Both the position numbers and the translations under genes were made by a program. A stretch of DNA of 64,000 bases from Thermodesulfobacteriota bacterium (GTDB lineage Bacteria > Desulfobacterota > Desulfobulbia > Desulfobulbales > SURF-16). The stretch lies in assembly GCA_040755455.1 (NCBI GenBank), contig JBFMAY010000008.1, positions 34,918-98,917 on the forward strand, in the 5' to 3' direction. Each line of letters opens with the position of its first letter. Position 1 is the first letter of the stretch. The notes under the pieces are model-generated. The model had not been told where the DNA came from, did no database searches, and worked only from the letters and a program-made list of their open reading frames with translations. This document shows positions 1-9,839 of this stretch, in pieces.

Positions 1-2072
1 CGGCCAACCTGGCCGTGGCCCTGCATCCCCAGTTCACCTACGCGGCGGTAAAGAGTGGCGATGAGGTGCTGCTCATGGCCGAAGGGCTTGTCGAGCGGGC
101 CTGTGAGGCCTGCGGCATTGCCGGCTATGAGATTCACGCCACCTTCGCCGCCGGAGCGCTTGCCGGCAGAAAATGCAAACACCCCTTTCTGGCGCGGGAA
201 TCAGTCATCGTCATGGCCGATTATGTGACCCTGGACAGCGGCACCGGCTGCGTGCATACCGCCCCGGGGCATGGCCGGGAGGACTATCTCACCGGTCTGC
301 GCTATGATCTCCCCGTTCTCTCGCCGGTGGATGATGCCGGCAGATTCACCGATGATGCCGGTCCCTATGCCGGCATGAACATCCTGGAGGCCAACCCGCG
401 GATCTGCGATGATCTGCGCGCCGCTGGCCTGCTGCTGGCCCAGGCCAAGCTTTCCCACAGTTATCCCCATTGCTGGCGCTGCAAGAAGCCGGTCATCTTC
501 CGGGCCACGGAGCAGTGGTTCATCGGCATGGAAAACAATGACCTGCGTAAAAAAGCCCTGGCGGCCATCAGGGAGGTCGGCTGGACCCCGGCCTGGGGCA
601 TGGAGCGGATCTACGGCATGGTGGAGGGCCGGCCGGACTGGTGTCTCTCCAGGCAGCGGGCCTGGGGCGTGCCGATCACGGCCATCATGTGCGCAAAATG
701 TGGTCAGATCATCAATAATGAGGCCATTAACAGCAGGATTGAACAGCTGTTTTTAAAGGAAGGGGCCGATGCCTGGTTTTCCCATGAGCTGCAGGATTTT
801 CTCGGCCCAGAGAGCACATGCGGTAAATGCGGCGCCGCGGACTTTGTCAAGGAAACGGACATTCTCGATGTCTGGTTTGACTCCGGGGTCAGCTTTGCCG
901 CGGTGGTCGAGGAGCGCGGCCTGCCGTTTCCGGCGGATCTCTATCTGGAGGGCAGCGATCAGCATCGCGGCTGGTTCCAGAGCTCGCTGCTCGCCGCGGT
1001 GGGCACCCGGGGCAGGGCACCCTACAAGGGCGTACTGACCCACGGTTTTGTCGTGGACGGCCAGGGCCGCAAGATGTCCAAGAGTATCGGCAACGTCATT
1101 GCCCCCGGGGAAATCATCAAGGAATATGGCGCGGATATTCTGCGGCTGTGGGTGTCCTCCGAGGATTACAGGGATGATATCAAAATCTCGAATGAGATCC
1201 TGCGGCGGCTGTCCGACGCCTATCGCAAGATTCGCAACACGGTGCGCTACATGCTGGGCAATATCAGCGATTTTTCGCCGGTGACAGACACGGTGGCGGT
1301 GGCCGACATGCCGGAAATCGATCAATGGGCCATCTCCCGTTTTGAGCTGGTCAAGCGCCGGGTCATGCAGGCCTATGAGAATTTTGAGTTTCACACGGTG
1401 TTCCATACCCTCTACCAATTCTGCACCGTGACCATGAGCGCCTTTTATCTCGACATCCTGAAAGACCGCCTGTATACGGAGCTTGACCGCTCCTTGGCCC
1501 GCAGATCGGCCCAGACGGTGCTCTATGAGATTCTTGACGGCATGATCAGGCTGATGAGCCCGGTGCTGACCTTTACCGCCGCCGAGGTGTGGAGTTATCT
1601 GCCGGCGGATAGCGGCCGGGAGGAAAATATCTTTCTGGCCAGTTTCCCTCAATTAAAGGACGGCAACCTGAATAAGGAGCTGAACGCGACCTGGGACAGG
1701 CTGCAGGACGTGCGGGCCGAGATAACCAAGGTGCTGGAGGTGGCCAGGCAGGACAAGATCATCGGCCATTCGCTGGAGGCTGAGGTGTGGCTTGCCGTGC
1801 CCGCTGATCTTGCCGGGTTTCTGGCGGATAAATGGCAGACCCTGGAGACCATCTGCATCGTTTCCAGGCTGCACCGGGCGGAAACAGCGCCGGCCGGGGC
1901 CATGGCCAGCGCCGAGATCCCGGGACTGGCCGTGCTGGTCAAGTCCGCTGCCTCGGAAAAATGCGAGCGCTGCTGGATGCGCAGCGAGACGGTGGGGCGG
2001 AATGTCGATCATCCGACCATCTGCGGCCGCTGCTGCGCGGTTGTCGCCCAGATGGGACCAACAGGCGCGTGA
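1..2072 (+). CDS. ileS: Isoleucyl-tRNA synthetase (5'-truncated by window edge)
   Basis: GTGCVHTAPGHG editing motif, DWCLSRQRAWG, EGSDQHRGWF, KMSKS, C-terminal CERC..CGRC zinc finger; directly upstream of lspA. Confidence 0.98.
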   Translation, partial: ANLAVALHPQFTYAAVKSGDEVLLMAEGLVERACEACGIAGYEIHATFAAGALAGRKCKHPFLARESVIVMADYVTLDSGTGCVHTAPGHGREDYLTGLRYDLPVLSPVDDAGRFTDDAGPYAGMNILEANPRICDDLRAAGLLLAQAKLSHSYPHCWRCKKPVIFRATEQWFIGMENNDLRKKALAAIREVGWTPAWGMERIYGMVEGRPDWCLSRQRAWGVPITAIMCAKCGQIINNEAINSRIEQLFLKEGADAWFSHELQDFLGPESTCGKCGAADFVKETDILDVWFDSGVSFAAVVEERGLPFPADLYLEGSDQHRGWFQSSLLAAVGTRGRAPYKGVLTHGFVVDGQGRKMSKSIGNVIAPGEIIKEYGADILRLWVSSEDYRDDIKISNEILRRLSDAYRKIRNTVRYMLGNISDFSPVTDTVAVADMPEIDQWAISRFELVKRRVMQAYENFEFHTVFHTLYQFCTVTMSAFYLDILKDRLYTELDRSLARRSAQTVLYEILDGMIRLMSPVLTFTAAEVWSYLPADSGREENIFLASFPQLKDGNLNKELNATWDRLQDVRAEITKVLEVARQDKIIGHSLEAEVWLAVPADLAGFLADKWQTLETICIVSRLHRAETAPAGAMASAEIPGLAVLVKSAASEKCERCWMRSETVGRNVDHPTICGRCCAVVAQMGPTGA

Positions 2073-2575
2073 TGGGGAAAACAGGCAGGTCGCAATCCTT
2101 TGTACTGCTGGTGCTGCTGGCCGGACTGATCATTGTCGCCGATCAGCTGACCAAATGGCTCATCATGTCCCGCTTCGGACTCTATGAGATCAAGGAGATT
2201 GTGCCGGGTTTTTTCAACCTCACCTATCTGCACAACACCGGCGCGGCGTTTGGTCTGCTGGCCAATGCCAACCCGGCCTGGCGGCCCTATTTTTTTATCG
2301 GCATCGCCCTGGCGGCGCTGGTTTTTGTTTTTTTTGCCTTTCGCCAGTACCGGCACCGCAGTGCGGCGTATGTCTTTGCCTTTGCCTTTATCGGCGGTGG
2401 GGCGGTGGGCAATCTGATTGACCGGGTCCGCTTCGGCTCCGTGGTTGATTTTCTCGATTTTTATGTGGCCACCCATCATTGGCCGGCCTTTAACGTGGCG
2501 GATTCAGCCATCGTGGTCGGGGTCGGCCTTTTTCTGTTGGGCAGCCTGCTGGACAAGGACGGGGAGCCTTCCTGA
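2072..2575 (+). CDS. lspA: Lipoprotein signal peptidase II
   Basis: DQLTK, NTGAAFG, GGAVGNLIDR, VVDF, FNVAD motifs; ATG overlaps the ileS TGA. Confidence 0.96.
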   Translation: MGKTGRSQSFVLLVLLAGLIIVADQLTKWLIMSRFGLYEIKEIVPGFFNLTYLHNTGAAFGLLANANPAWRPYFFIGIALAALVFVFFAFRQYRHRSAAYVFAFAFIGGGAVGNLIDRVRFGSVVDFLDFYVATHHWPAFNVADSAIVVGVGLFLLGSLLDKDGEPS

Positions 2576-2648
2576 CCGGGGGCCGGTTTTGCAGTTTTGG
2601 GTTCTGTGTTTTGGTATTAATGATTATGGCATGATTGAAGGATTGAAG

Positions 2649-3611
2649 ATGACAGCAAGTGTAAACGATGCCGCGAAAACGGCTTTTCTTTTTCCCGGCC
2701 AGGGCTCGCAGTTTGTCGGCATGGGCCGGGATTTTCTTGCCGCAAGTGATGACGCCCGCCGGTTGATGCGGATGGCCGAACAGGTCAGCGGCTTTCCCCT
2801 GGAGAAGCTCTGCCTGGAGGGACCGCTGGAGGAGCTGACCCGCACCCTGCACCTGCAGCCGGCCATGACCGTGTTGAACCTCATCTGTCTGCAGGCAATG
2901 CGGCAGGCGGGAATCAACGCGGCATTCTTTGCCGGCCACAGCCTGGGGGAATACACGGCTCTGGCTGCCGCCGGGGTGCTGAGCCCTGAGGACACCCTGC
3001 GGCTGGTGACCGAACGCGGCCGGCTGATGGAGAGGGAAAGCACGGCCCATCCCGGCACCATGAGCGCCATTCTGAAGCTCGGGCTGGCCGAGGTGCAGGA
3101 GGTGGTGCAGGCTGCCGCGCCACAAGGGGTGGTGGTGGCCGCCAATCACAATTCGGAGATGCAGATCGTCATTTCCGGCGATGCCGCTGGAGTTGCTGCC
3201 GCTGCCACGCTGGCCGGCCACAAGGGCGGCAAGGCCGTGGCCCTGCCGGTGAGCGGTGCCTGGCACAGCCCGCTGGTTGCCGATGCGGTGCCGGATTTTG
3301 CCAAGGCCATGGAGCAGATCATCTTTCATGCTCCTGCCGGCAAGATTTTTTTCAACGTCACCGCCTCACCGGAAAGCGATCCCGGCGCGATCCGTTCCAT
3401 CATGAGCCGCCAGATCGCCGCCATGGTCAGATGGTATGACACCATCCTCGCCTTGCGTCAACAGGGGGTGACCACTTTTATCGAGGTGGGGCCGAAAAAC
3501 GTGCTCACCGGGCTGCTGAAGAAGATCCTGCCCAAGGGGCATGACTGCCTCTGCCTGCAGGTGGAGGACTCCGCCTCGCTTGCGGCCTGCCTGGAAACCC
3601 TGCGGCGCTGA
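2649..3611 (+). CDS. fabD: Malonyl-CoA:ACP transacylase
   Basis: FPGQGSQ, GHSLGEY nucleophile elbow, VSGAWHS, EVGP; the start could instead be 2631. Confidence 0.95.
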   Translation: MTASVNDAAKTAFLFPGQGSQFVGMGRDFLAASDDARRLMRMAEQVSGFPLEKLCLEGPLEELTRTLHLQPAMTVLNLICLQAMRQAGINAAFFAGHSLGEYTALAAAGVLSPEDTLRLVTERGRLMERESTAHPGTMSAILKLGLAEVQEVVQAAAPQGVVVAANHNSEMQIVISGDAAGVAAAATLAGHKGGKAVALPVSGAWHSPLVADAVPDFAKAMEQIIFHAPAGKIFFNVTASPESDPGAIRSIMSRQIAAMVRWYDTILALRQQGVTTFIEVGPKNVLTGLLKKILPKGHDCLCLQVEDSASLAACLETLRR

Positions 3612-3631
3612 AGCGCTGCACCCTGTTTGGT

Positions 3632-3665
3632 GACACCCTGGTTTTTCGTCGCATAACCGGGTGTC
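3632..3665 (+). terminator. Hairpin after fabD, probable terminator
   Basis: GACACCCTGGTT...AACCGGGTGTC inverted repeat; no clear U tract. Confidence 0.4.
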
Positions 3666-3701
3666 CAGGCGTTATGGATCAGCAGGTCTGTATTTAAAAT
3701 C

Positions 3702-3730
3702 TTGACATTCTGTTTATATCCAATTATTTT
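3702..3730 (+). promoter_or_regulatory. sigma70-type promoter for the ffh operon
   Basis: TTGACA-N17-TATTTT ending about 70 bp upstream of ffh. Confidence 0.65.
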
Positions 3731-3799
3731 TCTTCGTTTACTGTGAGGAATCTGCCTTTTCTGCAGCAGGAGAAGGCATTGTAAAAGAGACAGGAAATT

Positions 3800-5164
3800 A
3801 TGTTTGAAAATCTTTCGGATCGCTTACATAAGGTATTCAAAGACCTGCGCGGCCACGGCAAACTCACCGACAAGAATATCGAGGATGCCCTGCGGGAAGT
3901 GCGCATGGCCCTGCTTGAGGCGGATGTCAACTTCAAGGTGGTCAAGGAGTTCATCGCCTCCATTGCGGAAAAGGCCGTAGGGCATGAGGTTCTTGAAAGC
4001 CTCTCCCCCGGCCAGCAGGTTATCAAGATTGTCCATGAGGAGTTGATTGCCCTGTTGGGCGGCACCACGGCGGGGCTGGACCTTGCCGGCAAGACGCCCG
4101 CCATTGTGATGATGGTGGGACTGCAGGGTTCAGGCAAGACCACGTCCGCGGCGAAACTTGCCAAGCTGCTGAAAAAACAGGGGAGAAGGCCCTATCTGGT
4201 GCCGGCGGACATCTATCGTCCCGCGGCTATTGAACAGCTGCATGTGCTTGGCCGGTCCATCGATGTGCCGGTTCATCCCTCGCAAACTGACCAGGATCCT
4301 GTCACCATATGCAGAAACGCGGTTACTGTTGCCCAAAACAGCAATTATGACACCCTGCTGATCGATACAGCCGGCCGGCTGCATATCGATGAGAAGCTGA
4401 TGGGCGAGCTGGCCAACATCAAAGCGGCGGTAAACCCGGCGGAGATTCTGTTCGTCGCCGATGCCATGACCGGCCAGGACGCGGTGACGGTTGCCGACAA
4501 GTTCAACAAGGATCTGGTCATCAGCGGCGTTATCCTGACCAAGATGGAGGGTGATGCCAGGGGCGGCGCCGCGCTCTCCATCGCCAATGTGGCGCAGCGG
4601 CCGATCAAATTCATCGGTACCGGTGAGGATCTCGAGGCCCTGGAAACCTTTCACCCCGACCGCATGGCCTCACGTATTCTCGGCATGGGTGACGTCCTCA
4701 CCCTGATTGAAAAGGCCGAAGAGGTGGTTGACCGCAAAAAAGCGGACAAGCTCGCCAGGAAGATCCAGAAAAGCACCTTCAGCCTGGAGGATTTTCTCGA
4801 CCAGATCCAGCAGATCAAGAAGATGGGCAGCCTGGAGCAGATCATGGGCATGATTCCTGGCCTGAACCGGATGCGGCAGCTCAAGGACATGCCCAAGCCG
4901 GATGAGAAGGAACTGGGCAAGGTTGAGGCGATTATCCGCTCCATGACCTTTGAGGAGCGGCGCAAATATCAGATTATCAATGCCAGCCGCCGGCAGAGGA
5001 TCGCCAAGGGCAGCGGCACCACTGTGCAGGATGTGAACAAGGTCATCAAGAGCTACAGTGAAATGCTGAAGATGATGAAGAAGATGAAGGGCAAAGTCGG
5101 GGGCGTCACCGTGACCCCGGGCGGACAGAAACGGCGTAAACTGCCCAAGGGCATGTTCCGTTAG
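3800..5164 (+). CDS. ffh: Signal recognition particle protein
   Basis: GLQGSGKTT, DTAGR, TKMEGDARGG, Met-rich M domain with RIAKGSG. Confidence 0.98.
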   Translation: MFENLSDRLHKVFKDLRGHGKLTDKNIEDALREVRMALLEADVNFKVVKEFIASIAEKAVGHEVLESLSPGQQVIKIVHEELIALLGGTTAGLDLAGKTPAIVMMVGLQGSGKTTSAAKLAKLLKKQGRRPYLVPADIYRPAAIEQLHVLGRSIDVPVHPSQTDQDPVTICRNAVTVAQNSNYDTLLIDTAGRLHIDEKLMGELANIKAAVNPAEILFVADAMTGQDAVTVADKFNKDLVISGVILTKMEGDARGGAALSIANVAQRPIKFIGTGEDLEALETFHPDRMASRILGMGDVLTLIEKAEEVVDRKKADKLARKIQKSTFSLEDFLDQIQQIKKMGSLEQIMGMIPGLNRMRQLKDMPKPDEKELGKVEAIIRSMTFEERRKYQIINASRRQRIAKGSGTTVQDVNKVIKSYSEMLKMMKKMKGKVGGVTVTPGGQKRRKLPKGMFR

Positions 5165-5230
5165 CATAAAATTTAATTTCCAAAGGCAATAAATAACCCC
5201 GGCAGTGCCGGTCAAGGAGGAAAACAGAGT

Positions 5231-5473
5231 ATGGCAGTAAGAATTCGACTCACCAGATTGGGCAGGAAGAAAAAACCTTTCTATCGTATCGTTGTTGCAA
5301 ATTCAGAGTCCAAGCGCGATGGAAAGTTCCTGGAGGTTGTCGGAACCTATGACCCGATGAAGAAACCTGCAGCGGTCACCATCCACCAGGATAAGCTGAA
5401 GAACTGGCTGGATCAGGGTGCGCAACCCACCGATACCGTGAAAAATCTCTTGAAAACGGCGGTTTCTGCCTAG
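5231..5473 (+). CDS. rpsP: 30S ribosomal protein S16
   Basis: [22 protein letters not shown]; canonical position after ffh. Confidence 0.98.
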   Translation: MAVRIRLTRLGRKKKPFYRIVVANSESKRDGKFLEVVGTYDPMKKPAAVTIHQDKLKNWLDQGAQPTDTVKNLLKTAVSA

Positions 5474-5490
5474 TTAAGCAGAAAATCCAT

Positions 5491-5721
5491 ATGAAAGAAC
5501 TGGTGAACTTTATTGCGACCTCGCTTGTCGATCAGCCACAGGCGGTGGAAGTGAGTGAAACAGCGCAGGAAGATGCCGTGGTGCTTGAACTCCGTGTGGC
5601 AAAGGATGACCTGGGTAAGGTCATCGGCAAGCAGGGGAGAACGGCCAGGGCCATCAGGGCTCTGTTGAGTGCCGCGGCGGCAAGGCAGAACAAGAGAGCC
5701 AGACTGGAAATTGTCGAATAG
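5491..5721 (+). CDS. khpA: KH-domain RNA-binding protein
   Basis: [17 protein letters not shown]; lies between rpsP and rimM. Confidence 0.93.
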   Translation: MKELVNFIATSLVDQPQAVEVSETAQEDAVVLELRVAKDDLGKVIGKQGRTARAIRALLSAAAARQNKRARLEIVE

Positions 5722-5743
5722 CCCGTTCCGGAGACGAAACCCG

Positions 5744-6292
5744 TTGCCCAGGGAAGTAAATGAGCCGTCAGGGGGCAGGGTGTTGCCGGTTGGTGAAATC
5801 GGCCGGCCCCACGGCGTCAAGGGAGAAATGAAAATTTATCCCTATTCAGGTAATCCGGAGAGCTTGCGGTCATACGGGAGGCTCCTGGTTGCCATGCCCG
5901 AGGATGGCGCGACGCAGTCATATGAACTCAGCAGCTGCCGCAGCCAGGGGCAATTTGCCGTCATCAAGCTTGCCGGCATCGATACCCGCAGTGAGGCCGC
6001 GCTGTTGACCGGCTGCCAGGTGCTGGTTGACCGCCACGAGATGCCGGAACTCACCGATGATGAGTTTTACTGGCACGATCTGCAGGGTATGGCCGTGGTT
6101 ACCACCCTTGGCCGGCAGCTCGGCACGGTGAGCAGATTGATGTCCACCGGGGCCCATGATATACTGGTGGTCACCGATCGTGGCCGGGAGTATCTGATCC
6201 CTGCCCTTGCTGCCTTTGTGGTGGCCATCGATGCAGAGAGCAAAACGATTACGGTGGATCCTCCGGAAGGACTCCTGGAAATGAACGACTGA
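5744..6292 (+). CDS. rimM: Ribosome maturation factor RimM (start uncertain)
   Basis: GEIGRPHGVKG, EFYWHDLQG, GAHDILVV, LIP; synteny. Confidence 0.93.
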   Translation: MPREVNEPSGGRVLPVGEIGRPHGVKGEMKIYPYSGNPESLRSYGRLLVAMPEDGATQSYELSSCRSQGQFAVIKLAGIDTRSEAALLTGCQVLVDRHEMPELTDDEFYWHDLQGMAVVTTLGRQLGTVSRLMSTGAHDILVVTDRGREYLIPALAAFVVAIDAESKTITVDPPEGLLEMND

Positions 6293-7041
6293 TGCGTTTT
6301 CATGTGCTGACCATTTTTCCGCATCTGCTCGAATCGCCCCTGCAGGAAGGGATTATCCGCCGGGCCCTGCAGGCCGGCCAGATTGAGGTTGAACTGGTCA
6401 ATATCCGTGATTTTGCCACGGATAAGCATGCCATGACCGATGACCGCCCTTTCGGCGGCGGCGAGGGCATGGTCATGAAGCCGGAGCCCCTGGCTGCGGC
6501 CATCCGGCGGACCAGGCCGGAAGACGAGGAGAGCCATGTGGTGCTGCTCTCGCCCCAGGGCCGGCAATATAACCAGGCGGTGGCGGTGGAATTTTCCCGC
6601 AGAAAAAATCTGCTTCTGATCTGTGGCCGCTATGAAGGGGTGGATGAACGGATTCGCCAGCACTTCGTCGATGAGGAGATTTCCATCGGCGATTACATCC
6701 TCACCGGCGGCGAACTGGCGGCCATGGTCATCATCGATTCCGTGACCCGTCTGCTGCCTGGGGTGCTCGGCTGCGAAGACTCGGTTGAATATGATACCTT
6801 CAGCCGCGGGGGGATTAAGTATCCCCAGTACACCAGGCCCCGGGATTTTGAAGGATATGAGGTGCCGGAGGTGCTGCTTTCCGGCGATCACACGAAAATA
6901 GCCGAGTGGCGGTTTGCGGCCGGCGTGCAAATGACCCGGGAGAAACGGCCGGACCTGCTGGCATCAATGACCTTCAGCAAAAAGGAACTGCAGGTGCTCA
7001 AAAGGCACGGCGTGCTGCTCGAAACAAAGTGCGAGGCGTAG
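6292..7041 (+). CDS. trmD: tRNA (guanine-N1)-methyltransferase
   Basis: DDRPFGGGEGMVM, LSPQG, CGRYEGVDER, SIGDYILTGGE, YTRP, LLSGDH. Confidence 0.98.
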   Translation: MRFHVLTIFPHLLESPLQEGIIRRALQAGQIEVELVNIRDFATDKHAMTDDRPFGGGEGMVMKPEPLAAAIRRTRPEDEESHVVLLSPQGRQYNQAVAVEFSRRKNLLLICGRYEGVDERIRQHFVDEEISIGDYILTGGELAAMVIIDSVTRLLPGVLGCEDSVEYDTFSRGGIKYPQYTRPRDFEGYEVPEVLLSGDHTKIAEWRFAAGVQMTREKRPDLLASMTFSKKELQVLKRHGVLLETKCEA

Positions 7042-7061
7042 AAGCTCAGGTGGATTGGTCG

Positions 7062-7631
7062 GTGCAGGTGGATGTGGCCCTGGTGCATTATCCTGTTTAC
7101 AACAAGAATCAGGAAATCATCGGTTCGGCGGTAACCAATCTTGATATCCACGATATTGCCCGGGCCGGCAGGACATTCGGGGTCGGCACCTTTTATATCG
7201 TCACCCCCTACCAGGATCAGCAGAAACTGGTGGGGGAGATCGTCAGTCACTGGCGGGACGGCTACGGGGCCCGGTACAACACGGACAGGAAAGAGGCCCT
7301 GGCTTCGATCGAAATTTGTGCCGATCTGCAGGGCCTTTACGAATTGGCGGCAGTGAACGGACAAAAGCCGCTGGTCGTGGCCACCAGCGCCAGGGAGCAT
7401 AGCGGCAACATCTCCTATGGCGCCATGCGGCGGAAGATTTTTGCCGGCAGCCGGGTGCTGATCCTTTTCGGCACGGGTTGGGGGCTTGCCGGGCAGGCTC
7501 TGGCGGGAGTGGACGTCATGTTGCCGCCGATCAGCGGCTATGGCGATTACCGGCATCTTTCCGTGCGGTCGGCGGTGTCCATCGTGCTTGACCGGCTGCT
7601 TGGCCGGCGGGAAGAAGAGAATATTCAGTAA
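7062..7631 (+). CDS. SPOUT-family RNA methyltransferase (trmD-associated type)
   Basis: ALVHYPV, TNLDIHDIAR, FGTGWGL, HLSVRSA motifs; typical position after trmD. Confidence 0.85.
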   Translation: MQVDVALVHYPVYNKNQEIIGSAVTNLDIHDIARAGRTFGVGTFYIVTPYQDQQKLVGEIVSHWRDGYGARYNTDRKEALASIEICADLQGLYELAAVNGQKPLVVATSAREHSGNISYGAMRRKIFAGSRVLILFGTGWGLAGQALAGVDVMLPPISGYGDYRHLSVRSAVSIVLDRLLGRREEENIQ

Positions 7632-7673
7632 AAAAAACAGTGCATCTAGGATTTAACACCAGAAAAACAGGAA

Positions 7674-8030
7674 GTGAGCATTATGAATATGTTAGAGCGG
7701 ATTGAGAAAGAGAACATGCGTTATGATATCCCCAAATTCCAGACCGGGGATACCGTCAGCGTCCACATTCGGATTATCGAGGGCGCGAAAGAGAGGGTGC
7801 AGGTTTTCAAGGGCGTTGTCACCGCCAGAAAACGCGGCTCCATGGGAGCGAATTTCACCGTGCGCAAGATTTCCCACGGCGTCGGGGTGGAAAAGACCTT
7901 CCCCGTCCATTCACCCCGTATCGAGAAAATCGAGGTGAACAGCCAGGGCCGGGTGCGGCGCTCCAAGCTTTACTATCTCCGCAACCTGCGCGGCAAGGCG
8001 GCGAGAATCAGGGAGAAGGGCATTATTTAA
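7674..8030 (+). CDS. rplS: 50S ribosomal protein L19
   Basis: [31 protein letters not shown]. Confidence 0.98.
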   Translation: MSIMNMLERIEKENMRYDIPKFQTGDTVSVHIRIIEGAKERVQVFKGVVTARKRGSMGANFTVRKISHGVGVEKTFPVHSPRIEKIEVNSQGRVRRSKLYYLRNLRGKAARIREKGII

Positions 8031-8057
8031 GGGCCGATCCCTCCTCTGTCTGCTGAG

Positions 8058-8666
8058 ATGGGTACCTTTTCCTTCGAACGCGAACTGACCGGAAAAGGCG
8101 TCCGTCTGGTGGCCGGGGTGGATGAGGCAGGCCGGGGGCCGCTGGCCGGTCCCGTTGTCGCTGCAGCCGTTATTCTGCCGGCCGACTGCCAATATTTTCT
8201 CTTTCAGGATTCAAAAAAGCTGACGGAGAAACAGCGGGAGCGGCTGTTTGCGACCCTGACCGGCATGGGGATTCCCATTGGGGTCGGGGTCGCGACTCCG
8301 GCGGAGATTGATGAGATCAATATTCTGCAGGCTTCACTGCTGGCCATGAAAAGGGCGGTGCTTGCTTTGCCTGAAATGCCTGATTTTCTTCTTGTTGACG
8401 GTAAGTTTACCGTTCCTCTCAAAGTGAGCCAGCAAGCGCTTGTCAAGGGTGAATCAAAGAGCGCATCCATAGCCGCCGCCTCCATTGTCGCCAAGGTGAC
8501 CCGGGACAGGATGATGCTGGATTATCATGCCGCCTATCCCCGGTATAATTTCAAGAAACATAAAGGCTATCCGACACAAGAGCATCGCAACCTGCTGATC
8601 CAGTTCGGTCCCTGCGCGATCCACCGCAAGACGTTTGGCGGGGTGCGGGAGCTGCTGGGGCAGTGA
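8058..8666 (+). CDS. rnhB: Ribonuclease HII
   Basis: GVDEAGRGPLAGPV, DSKKL, SIAAASIVAKVTRD, HKGYPT. Confidence 0.97.
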   Translation: MGTFSFERELTGKGVRLVAGVDEAGRGPLAGPVVAAAVILPADCQYFLFQDSKKLTEKQRERLFATLTGMGIPIGVGVATPAEIDEINILQASLLAMKRAVLALPEMPDFLLVDGKFTVPLKVSQQALVKGESKSASIAAASIVAKVTRDRMMLDYHAAYPRYNFKKHKGYPTQEHRNLLIQFGPCAIHRKTFGGVRELLGQ

Positions 8667-8681
8667 TGGGCAAGGGCCGCC

Positions 8682-9047
8682 ATGAGCCTTCAGAGGCAAA
8701 GCATCGGAAAAGAGGGCGAGGAAATCGCCCGCCGGTATCTGGAAAAGCACGGCTATAGGATCGTCACCGCTAATTACCGGACCAGGCATGGGGAAATTGA
8801 TCTGATTGCCAGAGATGGCGCCACCCTGGTCTTTATCGAGGTGAAAACCCGCACCCAGCAAAAGTTCGGATCGCCCTTTGACGCCCTGACCGCCAGAAAA
8901 TGCATGAATATGGCCAAGGTTGCGCTGCACTATCTGATCAACCATGGCGGGACCGAGCAGCCGGCCCGTTTTGATGTTGTCGCGGTGCGGCCGGGAGAAA
9001 AGGCCGAGGTGGAGATTGTGCAGAACGCCTTTGACCTCAGCACCTGA
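8682..9047 (+). CDS. yraN: YraN family (UPF0102) nuclease-like protein
   Basis: GEIDLIA, LVFIEVKTR, RFDVV. Confidence 0.93.
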   Translation: MSLQRQSIGKEGEEIARRYLEKHGYRIVTANYRTRHGEIDLIARDGATLVFIEVKTRTQQKFGSPFDALTARKCMNMAKVALHYLINHGGTEQPARFDVVAVRPGEKAEVEIVQNAFDLST

Positions 9048-9122
9048 ACATAAAGGGATGTATGTCTGCGCAAGCCGGCTGGACTTCAGAATAAATAATT
9101 TGTTAGGCGTATCAAAGAAAAC

Positions 9123-9668
9123 ATGGACGCATTGGCGAAAATTATTGAAACCCTGGCGTGGCCTGTAACCACTATAATCGTAGTGTTTCTATTACGTTCG
9201 CCGTTATCAGAATTGGTACCAACACTTAAAAGGTTAAAATACAAAGACCTTGAACTAGAGTTTGAGCGGGAAGCCAATAAGATACTTTCCGAAGCCGAAC
9301 GGGATTTACCTGAAATTCCAGAAAAGCCGAAGCCGAAAATTGAAGATACAGGCATTCGATTTAGTCGTCGTAGACTTGATCCAGCCATCGAAGTCATAGA
9401 ATCATGGCGCAGTCTTGAACTAGATATGCGAGAGTTGGCTAAGACCAACAACATACAAATCGGTCGAAGCATCCGATCTCTTATTGCTGAGCTTGAAGCA
9501 AACAGTCTGATTTCTAAAGAAATAGCCAAGGTTGCACTTGATTTAGCGACCCTTAGAAATAGAGTCGCGCATACGAACGAGGAGGCTATTTCTTACGATG
9601 TTTCGTCAGCATTTAGCAGTTCGGTTAGTCGTGTCAGATCTGCAATGGAGCTAGTAAGTGAATTATAA
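9123..9668 (+). CDS. Hypothetical protein with N-terminal TM helix and C-terminal HEPN-like RxxxxH motif
   Basis: LAWPVTTIIVVFLL hydrophobic segment; LRNRVAH motif; visibly lower GC than flanks. Confidence 0.7.
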   Translation: MDALAKIIETLAWPVTTIIVVFLLRSPLSELVPTLKRLKYKDLELEFEREANKILSEAERDLPEIPEKPKPKIEDTGIRFSRRRLDPAIEVIESWRSLELDMRELAKTNNIQIGRSIRSLIAELEANSLISKEIAKVALDLATLRNRVAHTNEEAISYDVSSAFSSSVSRVRSAMELVSEL

Positions 9669-9711
9669 GTTGCTGATGTTACCACAACTATCAGGAAAAC
9701 AAATGAAAATT

Positions 9712-9795
9712 CGCTAACAATCGGGTCAACCTGACCGCGAGAAGCTCGGCGGCGCTACGCGGGTAAGTCTTGGCGCGGTCAGGTAACTCGTGGCG
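9712..9795 (+). mobile_element. attC-like site lacking its terminal TTRRRY
   Basis: CGCTAAC-AATCG-GGTCAACCTGACCGCG...CGCGGTCAGGTAACTCG-TGGCG: inverse core, 5-nt spacer, long inverted repeat with one extra base in the left box. Confidence 0.7.
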
Positions 9796-9839
9796 AACCC
9801 ATGCTTGTTGCTAAAATGGAAGGCGAAATTCTTTAACCC

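Larger units (their letters stand above)
9102..9795 (+). mobile_element. Solitary integron-type gene cassette
   Basis: Starts at core site GTTAGGC (9102-9108), carries one AT-rich ORF, ends in an attC-like site; inserted between yraN and pdxA. Confidence 0.7.

Noticed and set aside
3612..3799. SRP RNA gene next to ffh
   Set aside because: No SRP domain IV motif seen; the region is explained by a hairpin and a promoter.
9043..9108. Full attC upstream of the HEPN-motif gene (CCTGAAC...GTTAGGC)
   Set aside because: The ends are roughly complementary but the interior does not pair; only the core site is kept.
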